The notes beneath the pieces were generated by a model. It made no database searches, had not been told where the DNA came from, and saw only the letters and a list, made by a program, of their open reading frames with translations. From the IMG/VR virus record IMGVR_UViG_3300007351_000034: DNA of 38,120 bases; one strand, 5' to 3'. Position 1 is the stretch's first letter. Each line of letters opens with the position of its first letter. This DNA comes from a virus. The position numbers were made by a program, and so were the translations under genes. This document shows, piece after piece, positions 29,520-37,882 of the stretch.

Positions 29520-30380
29520 ATGGCTACTGCGTTCGCATCCGCTACATCGGCCTCAAAGGAGCACAGCGGAGGCACCGATTCCATAACCATCAACATCCCG
29601 GCGAGCACCGCATCCGGTGACTTGCTCGTGGCAGTTGTAGGCATAAACGGTGCCGCGAACGAGATGACGGCAACTGGCTGGACTGCGCTTTTCACCACGA
29701 ATACTGGTACGAACGCGGGCATACGTTGCTTCTATCGGGTTGCTGACGGAACCGAAGGCGCATCAGTAGCCTTCTCTCAAGGTGCCGCTGCGGGTGCGGG
29801 TATGGCTGGATGGATTGCCAGGATCACCGGTGCATCATTCGCCGGAAGCGCAAACATTACGAGTACATCCGATTTCAACACGGTTGCGGCCACGAACCAC
29901 ACCTTTACGCCAGGCATAACGCCAGCAACCACAAACTCGGTGTATCTGATGGGTTCGTTTGCACGCGGTGACTGTACGCAGAGTACCTACGCAATCACCA
30001 ACAACAACCCCACCTGGACAGAGCGGGTTGACGAGCACACCGCAGCGTTCACAACCGATGTCGGTTTGTCTCTGGCTACTGCCACTCCGTCCGCTGCCTC
30101 CGGTTCAGGTGACTATTCGCTCGTCCTGTCAGCTTCACAGGAAGCGTGCGGTTTCCTTCTGAATGTGACCGAATCCGCAAGTGTCACCGTCTCCCCCTCG
30201 GTCGTCACCATGACCGGCAGCATCAACGCACCGACTGTCGCCGGAGGTGCAATCGTCTCTCCGGCTGTCATCGGGCTACAGGCCACCATCAACGCGCCGA
30301 CCGTCACTACCCCAGAGGCCGACTGGAAGAACCCGGATAAGACGAGCGATCTTGGCTGGGTTAACCCGAACAAAACATGA
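29520..30380 (+). CDS. Hypothetical virion-module protein
   Basis: 286 aa, beta-rich, with a C-terminal INAPTV duplication. Confidence 0.6.
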   Translation: MATAFASATSASKEHSGGTDSITINIPASTASGDLLVAVVGINGAANEMTATGWTALFTTNTGTNAGIRCFYRVADGTEGASVAFSQGAAAGAGMAGWIARITGASFAGSANITSTSDFNTVAATNHTFTPGITPATTNSVYLMGSFARGDCTQSTYAITNNNPTWTERVDEHTAAFTTDVGLSLATATPSAASGSGDYSLVLSASQEACGFLLNVTESASVTVSPSVVTMTGSINAPTVAGGAIVSPAVIGLQATINAPTVTTPEADWKNPDKTSDLGWVNPNKT

Positions 30381-30655
30381 CCGACGAGGAACGAATGATG
30401 CTACGAGAGTCCTACACCTTCATGAAATCCATGAAGGCTAACGCGACCATCCCCTTTGAAGTCCAGCAGGCCTTTAGGGAGCGGTTTGCCGACCTACTCG
30501 GGTTTTCGGTCAGTTCGACTGCGGCGAATACCCACGACCAGTCCGTGAACGAAGGCGGCGTTGGCACTTATTCGGTAATGGGCGACCCCGACCTGTTCAT
30601 CCGCGTGGTGTCTGCGTCCGGTGTGTCGTATGACATTCCCGCCTTCAACGTATGA
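30377..30655 (+). CDS. Hypothetical protein
   Basis: 92-aa track ORF with ATGA overlaps at both ends. Confidence 0.55.
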   Translation: MTDEERMMLRESYTFMKSMKANATIPFEVQQAFRERFADLLGFSVSSTAANTHDQSVNEGGVGTYSVMGDPDLFIRVVSASGVSYDIPAFNV

Positions 30656-32700
30656 TCAAGATTTCTAAGTGGCTCCAACCGAATACCTCTGACAAGCTCG
30701 GCACGATCTGGGCTTCTAAGAACATCAGCCTCGACCAGCCGGGGTATATCAAGCTATCCCCTCGGTCAGTCAAGCTGGCAGACACATCCACTACCCGATT
30801 CGAGTTGCCGGTTGCGATTGGTAAGTACGGCCAGGGTGAGTTTCAAGTCGCAACCACGGAATCAAATTTCGTGCTGGACATCGACAACCAGTCGGGAACC
30901 ATCACGCTTACGGAGGATACGGGAACGGGCGATCCCGCCATGACCGTCGATTCGCACGGCAAGTTCTTCCAGGGACGGTGGTGGGTCACAACCGATACCG
31001 CCATACTCTCGAAAGCGGCAAACGGAACCGCATCGGCAACATGGGACACATCCTCGGGAGAAACCGGACTGACCAGCGGTGTACGTCACTATCTTGAAGT
31101 ATTCGCCTCTCGCGTATCTCTGTGTGTTTCCAATAAGAATGTCGTCAAGCAGTACACCGCCAGTACCGGAGATCTGACAAACACGACCAACCTGACGATT
31201 CCCTCCGATTTCGAGATTGTCGGACTAGCCTACAACTACGGCAAGATGGGCGTAATAACCCGTATTGCCTCTGGCGCAGCGGATGGCGTGTCAGAAGCCA
31301 AGTTCTTCTCGTGGGAGGGTTCAACTACCTCGGCTACTGGTTTCGGTGTCGGCTCTGACTCCTGCATCGCTGTCTGTCCGTACAAGTCCTCATTCCTCGT
31401 GCTGACCCGTGCTGGGCAGATTAAATACTTCAACGGAGGCGGGTTTGAAGATATTGCCTCGTTCCCATTCTACTTCGACGACAAGATATGGAGCCAGCCC
31501 GGAGACTTCGATAACTACGGGGACGTGATGATCCCGGATGGAGATACGGTCTACATCAACATGGGCCTCCTTATGAATGCGTTTGACCGCAAGGGCTACG
31601 AATCTGCCGTCAATATGCCGTCCGGGGTGTGGTGTCTCTCACCAGCCGAAAGCGGATTCAACCTCTACCATCGCTGGTCGCCATCCAACTCGCTCGTCGA
31701 GCGTTTTGTAGTCTCTAGCGCGAACGTGAACACTTCAACTGACATAATGACGGTTTCCTCGGGTACGGTCCCTGCAACAGGAAACGTTGCCCGTTACATC
31801 TATACGGACGGAAGCGAAATCGGCGGCATCAAGCGCAATAACGATTATTACATTATCAAGCACACCGCAACGACCTTCTCCCTGGCCGAAAGCAAGGAGG
31901 AGGCACTGTCAGGCGTGAAGATCGACCTTACTGGCACGGGCGGCACAAACAACCACTTCCACTTCTATACGCTTGAGGACTACGGGCAATCGCTGTTCGA
32001 GAAGTCAGGAGCAATGGAAATGTTTGGTGAGAACAACGGCTTCTACCGCGACCTCATTATGGGTTCGCAGAACTACTCCAATTCACTCACGGCCACCGAT
32101 ACGATGTGCATGACCGTACCCTTCCTTGAAAGTCGGGGTTGGATAATCACTCCCAAGATTTTCTCTAGTGCCGTGAAGGACAACTGGCGCAAAATCACCG
32201 TGTTCTTCCAGCCGCTTAAGTCTGGGGATTCGATTGTAGTGAAGGGGCGCAAGCAAAACCTCTCCGGCCTCCCTATCGCCTCCCCCAATATCGAGACAAG
32301 CGACTCAGCTACCTGGGTGTCTACAACCGAATTTAACACCGGCACTGACCTCTCAGAAGCAAAGACCCATCTCGACGCAGGAAAGGAGCTTGAAATCGAA
32401 TTCACCGCAGGGGCGGGTGCAGGACAGACCGCGAAGGTGCTCACCATTTCGGAGCCATCCAGCGGTACGACCGTCGTATCCGTATCTGAGGAGATTCTGG
32501 GCGTGGTCGCGGGCAGGAAGTCCCACTACATCATCGACCATTGGGAGACGCTAGGTACTGCCACGTCCCAAGACGAGGGATACAAGCAGTTCACCCTCGA
32601 AGGGTCGTCGAAGTTCGCACAGTACAAGATCGAGCTTCGCGGAGACGACGTGACGATTGAGGACATCGCACCAGACCCGATTACGAATAAACCAAACTAA
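30652..32700 (+). CDS. Putative tail nozzle / tail tubular B-like protein
   Basis: 682 aa, beta-rich, the largest tail-module protein. It precedes two large coiled-coil internal-protein-like genes. Confidence 0.4.
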   Translation: MIKISKWLQPNTSDKLGTIWASKNISLDQPGYIKLSPRSVKLADTSTTRFELPVAIGKYGQGEFQVATTESNFVLDIDNQSGTITLTEDTGTGDPAMTVDSHGKFFQGRWWVTTDTAILSKAANGTASATWDTSSGETGLTSGVRHYLEVFASRVSLCVSNKNVVKQYTASTGDLTNTTNLTIPSDFEIVGLAYNYGKMGVITRIASGAADGVSEAKFFSWEGSTTSATGFGVGSDSCIAVCPYKSSFLVLTRAGQIKYFNGGGFEDIASFPFYFDDKIWSQPGDFDNYGDVMIPDGDTVYINMGLLMNAFDRKGYESAVNMPSGVWCLSPAESGFNLYHRWSPSNSLVERFVVSSANVNTSTDIMTVSSGTVPATGNVARYIYTDGSEIGGIKRNNDYYIIKHTATTFSLAESKEEALSGVKIDLTGTGGTNNHFHFYTLEDYGQSLFEKSGAMEMFGENNGFYRDLIMGSQNYSNSLTATDTMCMTVPFLESRGWIITPKIFSSAVKDNWRKITVFFQPLKSGDSIVVKGRKQNLSGLPIASPNIETSDSATWVSTTEFNTGTDLSEAKTHLDAGKELEIEFTAGAGAGQTAKVLTISEPSSGTTVVSVSEEILGVVAGRKSHYIIDHWETLGTATSQDEGYKQFTLEGSSKFAQYKIELRGDDVTIEDIAPDPITNKPN

Positions 32701-32701
32701 C

Positions 32702-34270
32702 ATGGCAGGAAAGGCAAAAACGAAACTGGTGAATGGTGTACGGACCGACATTGCGACGGGCCAACCGGCCACGCAGTCGACCGATACCCAGCAGAGGAAC
32801 CTCATGACTCTCAGCACCCTCCAGAGCAACCCGAAACCAGCGGTCATTCCTGCGCCACCGCCTGCTGTCGCGCAACCAGCACTACAGGGAGCAATTACTG
32901 CATCCCAGGATGCGTTCACCAGGAACCTTGAGCAGAGGAGACAGGAGGCAGAAACGGGCCGTACTGACTCGTTCCAGGCACTTCTTGACTCTCTCACAAA
33001 CTCTCCCGGCGTGACCCAGCTCACGGCACAGGAGTACGCTCGCAAAGGAGGTGTCGACGCCCTTGAGCCTCAGCTGTCACAGTTAAACGCCGACATCCTT
33101 GCGGAAGATGAGGGTCTCCGCATGTCCCTAAAAGAAATCGACAAGAACACCACCGGCCTAGAGACCTCGGCACTCGTTGCTGAAAAGAACCGCCTCAAGA
33201 CCGAATCCCTCGATCGTCAGGCAGCACTCGCGGTGAAGCAGTTCGCACTCCAGGGTCAGTACGATTCAGCACGAGCTATTGCCGACCGTGCCGTAGCCGC
33301 CAAGCTCGAAGCCCAGAAGCAGAAAAACGACCTTCTCACCCTTATCTACTCCGAAAACAAAGACCTCTTCACCACCGCCGAACAGCGCGAGTTCGAGTCG
33401 AAGCAGGCCGACCGAAATGCCGCGCTTCAGATGGAGCGGGATAAGGAGATGGCTAGATACAATCTCATACTTGAGAAGGAACTTGCGTCGTACAAGTCTG
33501 GCCTCGATGCTTCTGGTTTTGGGACGGCACCGGTACAGAGTTTTGAGGAGTTCCTTTCGGAACGTGAACAGCAGCTTGGTATGAATATTGACCCATCAAG
33601 CCCGAAGTACGCAGAACTCCAACAGGAGTACAACAGCACGGTTGCCAGCGGTGTCGGTGGGGGTCTCTACAATGAGTTTGACTATCGGACTGCAAATGCC
33701 GTGCTTAGCCTCACGAACAAATTCCAGGACGAGCAGGTTGTGAAGAGCTTCACAAACACTCAGCGGGCATTGAACATCATCAATTCGATTGATCCGAGCA
33801 CTCAGAATCCGGCAGACCACCAGACCGTGGTGTACTCATTCGCTCGCTCGCTCGATCCAGATTCGGTCGTCCGTGAAGGCGAATACGCAACCATTAAAAA
33901 GTACGCACAGAGTCTGACTGCAAAGTACGGTGCAGAGATCAGCAACGCAATCAATGGAACTGGCTTCCTCTCTCCGGGTGCGATTGCATCCATCAAGCAG
34001 ACGATGAATAGCAACTACCAGGCAAATCTTCCGCAGTACAACAACATCAAGAAACAGTACGAACGGAACGTGGATCAGGTTGCCGGTGTTCCGGGAACCG
34101 GTTCCCGCTATCTCATTAGTGCTGAAAGTGGTGTCCCGCCCGTGGACGAGGATGAACAGCTGTTCGATACCGTAATTACCGGTGCTCAACAACAGAAAAA
34201 TGGCTTCTTCAGTTTCCTTGCTGGAGCGCTTATTAGGCAGGTTCCTGGGGCAAGCCTCTTTAACCGATAG
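32702..34270 (+). CDS. Putative internal virion / ejection protein
   Basis: Start at ATG 32702 (MAGKAKTKL...), 1 nt after the upstream stop. 522 aa, Gln/Ala/Glu-rich with helical coiled-coil stretches. Confidence 0.4.
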   Translation: MAGKAKTKLVNGVRTDIATGQPATQSTDTQQRNLMTLSTLQSNPKPAVIPAPPPAVAQPALQGAITASQDAFTRNLEQRRQEAETGRTDSFQALLDSLTNSPGVTQLTAQEYARKGGVDALEPQLSQLNADILAEDEGLRMSLKEIDKNTTGLETSALVAEKNRLKTESLDRQAALAVKQFALQGQYDSARAIADRAVAAKLEAQKQKNDLLTLIYSENKDLFTTAEQREFESKQADRNAALQMERDKEMARYNLILEKELASYKSGLDASGFGTAPVQSFEEFLSEREQQLGMNIDPSSPKYAELQQEYNSTVASGVGGGLYNEFDYRTANAVLSLTNKFQDEQVVKSFTNTQRALNIINSIDPSTQNPADHQTVVYSFARSLDPDSVVREGEYATIKKYAQSLTAKYGAEISNAINGTGFLSPGAIASIKQTMNSNYQANLPQYNNIKKQYERNVDQVAGVPGTGSRYLISAESGVPPVDEDEQLFDTVITGAQQQKNGFFSFLAGALIRQVPGASLFNR

Positions 34271-34272
34271 AT

Positions 34273-36015
34273 ATGGCTACTCTTACAAAACAGCAGGTCG
34301 ACGAGTTGAAGAAGCGCGGTCTAACTGACCAAAAGATCGCAGAGTTGGCGCAGAAGAAGGGATACAAGCTTCCCGGACCTGGTTTCTTCGAGGGGGTGTA
34401 CCAAACAGTCACGAAGCGTGGCGAAAACGTCATGCAAGACGCGGCGACTTCTGCTCGCAGGTTCCAGGATGCCGGGACCGGTGGCCTTGCCACATTCGTA
34501 GAAAAACCGGCGATTCTCGGCCAGGCAGTAGGGAACCTCGGGAAAGAAGTCACACTTGCAGCCGGTGATATTGGTTTTGAGGGGCTGAAAACAGTCGGTC
34601 GCGCAACAGGACTCGACGAACCTGTCTCTCAGGCTGTTCAGTCTGGCCTATCTACTGCCCTAAAAGACCCTGTAATCGCACGGGGAGTGAAGGTGGCAAC
34701 AGATTGGTACACGTCACTCGACCCAGATTCACAAACAGCCGTCGACCAGCTTTTTGCGGTTGCATCGCTTAGTGGTACGAACCGTGCGGCGACAGCGGTT
34801 ACTAAAACCGGCACGCGAGCTGGACAAGCGCTTAGAGATGTCGATGTTAACGTCCGAGTCGGTGGCGACGAGGCCGTGTCAAAGCTTCAGGAAGGATACA
34901 AGAAGGTATTTCAGACTACGAAACCACTTCGTGAGCGGTACGCATTCGCACTCGATAAGGGAACGGACCCGGCAAGGATTCTTGCGGAACGCAAGCTGAC
35001 TCCGACTGTTGAGAACGGCAAGGTGCGGACGAACGAGATTGTAGATACTCTTGAAGAGGAAGTCTTCGAGAAGAGCGCGACCTTGGACGAAGCGCTATCG
35101 TTGTATCCGAATACAATCGCACTTGAAGATGTGCGTTCCTCAGTGAAACGATCTATTGGTCAAGACCCAACGCTTCGACGCGAAGGCCGAGTGGCGGAAA
35201 TGCAGGAACAGGCTGACCGAATCCTTAATGCCTACGTCGCCCAGGAAGGCATCGACCGGTTCACGCTCTCAGATCTTCAGGAGTTTAAGAAAGGCCAATG
35301 GGAGCTTTCCAAGAGGTTCAAGGAAACGGACCTGGGCCGCGCAGATGCACACTACGAAGTTGGTTCTGCACTACGTAGAACAATCGAGCAGAACGCAGAG
35401 GACGTTGCAGTTAAGGGTCTTAACCGCGAACTTGGACAGCTACAGGACACTATTAAGATACTCGAACGCGCCGATGGCGTGGCTGTTAAGGGCGGCAGGC
35501 TTGGAACACGTGTCGGCCAGTTGCTCGGGAGTATCGCGGGAACCCAGACCAATCTCCCACTTATCGGCCCAATTCTTGGAGCACTCGGTGGCGGTTGGCT
35601 CGCGTCCCAACTTCAAAAGAACGCAGTCATTGGTCCCATCAACCGTGCCCTCCTCAAATACTCGGAAGTGAAGCCGGACGACAAGGTACTGAAAGAGACA
35701 AAAAAGTTTATTGAGGACGTAAGGGCTGGAAAGAAAACGCTCCCGAACGATGAAGTCCTGGAGTTCCTGGGGCAGATCTCGGTTGAGAATAAGGTTCCGC
35801 TATTGCCGCCTGCCATTGAAAGTCTCTATCGCTCCCAGATTGGAAGTGGGCCGACGATTAACTTGCCAGCACGTACCCAAACAACGCAAGATGCACTCGA
35901 TGTTGCGGCGACAGCTGGTGATCGTGCACGAAGAGAAGTAGACGCGGCACGGACGAACCCGCGACGACTCCTTAATCCATCTGGAGGCAATCCTATCCAA
36001 ATGCCAGGTCAGTAG
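34273..36015 (+). CDS. Putative internal virion / ejection protein
   Basis: 580 aa, largely helical. Glycine-rich hydrophobic patch (LLGSIAGTQTNLPLIGPILGALGGGWLAS). Last gene of the rightward block before a convergent junction. Confidence 0.4.
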   Translation: MATLTKQQVDELKKRGLTDQKIAELAQKKGYKLPGPGFFEGVYQTVTKRGENVMQDAATSARRFQDAGTGGLATFVEKPAILGQAVGNLGKEVTLAAGDIGFEGLKTVGRATGLDEPVSQAVQSGLSTALKDPVIARGVKVATDWYTSLDPDSQTAVDQLFAVASLSGTNRAATAVTKTGTRAGQALRDVDVNVRVGGDEAVSKLQEGYKKVFQTTKPLRERYAFALDKGTDPARILAERKLTPTVENGKVRTNEIVDTLEEEVFEKSATLDEALSLYPNTIALEDVRSSVKRSIGQDPTLRREGRVAEMQEQADRILNAYVAQEGIDRFTLSDLQEFKKGQWELSKRFKETDLGRADAHYEVGSALRRTIEQNAEDVAVKGLNRELGQLQDTIKILERADGVAVKGGRLGTRVGQLLGSIAGTQTNLPLIGPILGALGGGWLASQLQKNAVIGPINRALLKYSEVKPDDKVLKETKKFIEDVRAGKKTLPNDEVLEFLGQISVENKVPLLPPAIESLYRSQIGSGPTINLPARTQTTQDALDVAATAGDRARREVDAARTNPRRLLNPSGGNPIQMPGQ

Positions 36016-36280
36016 AGGTCGAACTTCCGTGCGAGGAAATCTGCAACCACAAATCCTATCAGGATTTCCACCAGTATCATTATTCGCACCCTACACCTCT
36101 CGGTACGGGGTGTCAAATAACTTCCCCACGGGTCTACCTCAAGCGTGCCTGAACGCTGTTAAGAGCGAGTGCAATATCCCGCAAACGGATATTCATTTGC
36201 TTCATCTCTAGAATCAATGCGTGTGCCTGTTCCTCAGTCATATCTCGTAGGATACTTATAATCCCGGCTAGTATACCACG

Positions 36281-36300
36281 AGAAAAGCCCCCGTGGGGGC
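36281..36300 (-). terminator. Intrinsic terminator of the reverse-oriented moron
   Basis: GCCCC/GGGGC stem with a 4-nt loop, followed on the minus strand by UUUUCU. The A-run on the plus side makes it strand-specific. Confidence 0.55.
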
Positions 36301-36350
36301 CTCTCAGAACCTGCCGTGGCAGGAGTTGTAGTATAGCGTGGTTTATGCGA

Positions 36351-36968
36351 TTACCACTGTAGATACTCACCATCGTGGCCATCTACTATATCGAACGACT
36401 TTTCTACCCCGTTGATACTCCCCTTGATAGTCAGGTCGTCCGTAGTGCCAATGTTGTTGTAGTAATGATAGAGGCCACATGTCTTTAGACTATTCCATGC
36501 ATTTCCCCCACAGTTCGGGCCTTCGACATCCGAAGGAGTTAGCACTTCACCATTCCTCGCAACCGTAATTGTACCGTTTTCATCCTCCCACCAGTCGTGC
36601 AACTGGACTATAAATTGTCCGGCGTGATCTTCATCACTTTTCTCGCTAATGAAATTAGCGGTAAGTTTCTTGTTGACCCCAATTCCGTGTTTAGCTGCAT
36701 CTTCTTTCTTACCAGAAAGTGAAGGCCCATTATCTGTTCCGCCGCCCACCACGATCTCTTCTTCCTGCACAGATGTCTTTGTCTCGACAGCATCGAGACG
36801 TGCTTGTAGAGCTTCCACCTGCTGGATGAGAGATAGAAGTTTCTGCAACTCAGCTACCTGGGCAACGAGCGCGTCAATCTGTGCCTGTAGATCGACCGTT
36901 TGCGCCTTTGTTATAGACGGGAACGCGACGACCGCCAAAAGCATTAACCCCACCACGTACTTTTTCAT
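36351..36968 (-). CDS. Secreted coiled-coil protein (moron)
   Basis: Signal peptide MKKYVVGLMLLAVVAFPSITKAQT, a coiled coil (QAQIDALVAQVAELQKLLSLIQQVEALQARLDAVE) and a globular Cys-containing C-terminal domain. It is the only minus-strand gene inside the late arm, is more AT-rich, and has its own promoter and terminator. Confidence 0.7.
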   Translation of the reverse strand: MKKYVVGLMLLAVVAFPSITKAQTVDLQAQIDALVAQVAELQKLLSLIQQVEALQARLDAVETKTSVQEEEIVVGGGTDNGPSLSGKKEDAAKHGIGVNKKLTANFISEKSDEDHAGQFIVQLHDWWEDENGTITVARNGEVLTPSDVEGPNCGGNAWNSLKTCGLYHYYNNIGTTDDLTIKGSINGVEKSFDIVDGHDGEYLQW

Positions 36969-36976
36969 ATGTAAAT

Positions 36977-37005
36977 AGCCTACTCCCCTCCTGTAGAGCT
37001 GTCAA
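36977..37005 (-). promoter_or_regulatory. Sigma70-like promoter of the moron (TTGACA-17-TAGGCT)
   Basis: The minus strand reads TTGACA (37005-37000), a 17-nt spacer, TAGGCT (36982-36977), then 8 nt before ATG 36968. This implies a leaderless or near-leaderless mRNA. Confidence 0.45.
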
Positions 37006-37008
37006 TCC

Positions 37009-37019
37009 GTTATCCCCGA
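37009..37019 (+). promoter_or_regulatory. Copy of conserved motif GTTATCCCCgA
   Basis: 26-32 nt upstream of the 37046/37052 start of the fibre-module gene. Confidence 0.35.
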
Positions 37020-37045
37020 CTATTTGTTGCAAAAATCCGTACCGT

Positions 37046-37882
37046 GTGGATATGGCCGACAACTTGGAACGGGTGAAAGAGGTGCTTGCGAGAGCAGCTA
37101 AGACCGTAGAGGAAGAAAAGAAGTTCGCTCGCTACGAAGATGTTGAGCGGTTTTTCACCGTACTCACGGACGTAGTTCGTGCGATCGAGCCGAAACTCGC
37201 TGACGAACTCTCCACGAAGCTCGAAAAAGCACTCAAAAACGAGTCTTCAGCCCTGTCGGGACGAGTATCAGACCTCCAAGGTGAAATCAGAGACGCCGAA
37301 AAGCGCATGAAGAAACTGCTGAGTGAGGCTCAGCATTCCACCGGCCGCGAGAGGGAGAAAATGGTCGAAAGACACCAGAAAGAGCTGAACAAGCTCGTCG
37401 AGGGCTTCGCCAAGACCTTGAAGAACATCCAAAAGGAAGCTGAGGAGTACGCGACCGTCGACGACGTCGTTGGGTTCGTCCAGCGGGCCATCGAGCAGAT
37501 TACCGGCGAGGACATTAGGGACCAGCTCGAATCTCTCAAGGGAGAGGAGCGGCTTGATAAGTCAGCCATCAAGGGTCTTGACGAGGAGTTGGCCGAGATC
37601 CGTAAGACCAAATCAGGTTCATCAGGACCGAGCGGGATCACCGGCAAGGATGTGATTCAGAAGTACGACCTTTCCCCGTATCTAGATGGTGTTACTAAGA
37701 CTTTCGCTATTCCAGGAAACTGGACGGTGCTCGACGTTTCGGGAACCTCATCCCCCTACCAGTTCCGTCGTCTTGTTGACTACACCTTTACCAACCAGGC
37801 AATCACCTTCACGGATCAGGTGGACGCTGCGGGAAGTCTCGCAGAAGGTCAGACCGTGGAAATCCTTTACGTCATCGGATAA
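37046..37882 (+). CDS. Coiled-coil fibre-associated protein
   Basis: Track start is GTG 37046, with an in-frame ATG at 37052. The N-terminal two thirds are helical coiled coil and the C-terminal ~80 aa are beta-type. Its stop overlaps the fibre ATG (TAATG). Confidence 0.5.
   Translation: MDMADNLERVKEVLARAAKTVEEEKKFARYEDVERFFTVLTDVVRAIEPKLADELSTKLEKALKNESSALSGRVSDLQGEIRDAEKRMKKLLSEAQHSTGREREKMVERHQKELNKLVEGFAKTLKNIQKEAEEYATVDDVVGFVQRAIEQITGEDIRDQLESLKGEERLDKSAIKGLDEELAEIRKTKSGSSGPSGITGKDVIQKYDLSPYLDGVTKTFAIPGNWTVLDVSGTSSPYQFRRLVDYTFTNQAITFTDQVDAAGSLAEGQTVEILYVIG

Noticed and set aside
36134-36382. 82-aa minus-strand ORF
   Set aside because: Its first part overlaps the 3' end of the moron gene and reads through the moron's intrinsic terminator. 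Only the terminal 35-aa portion (36134-36241) could be real, and even that is weak.
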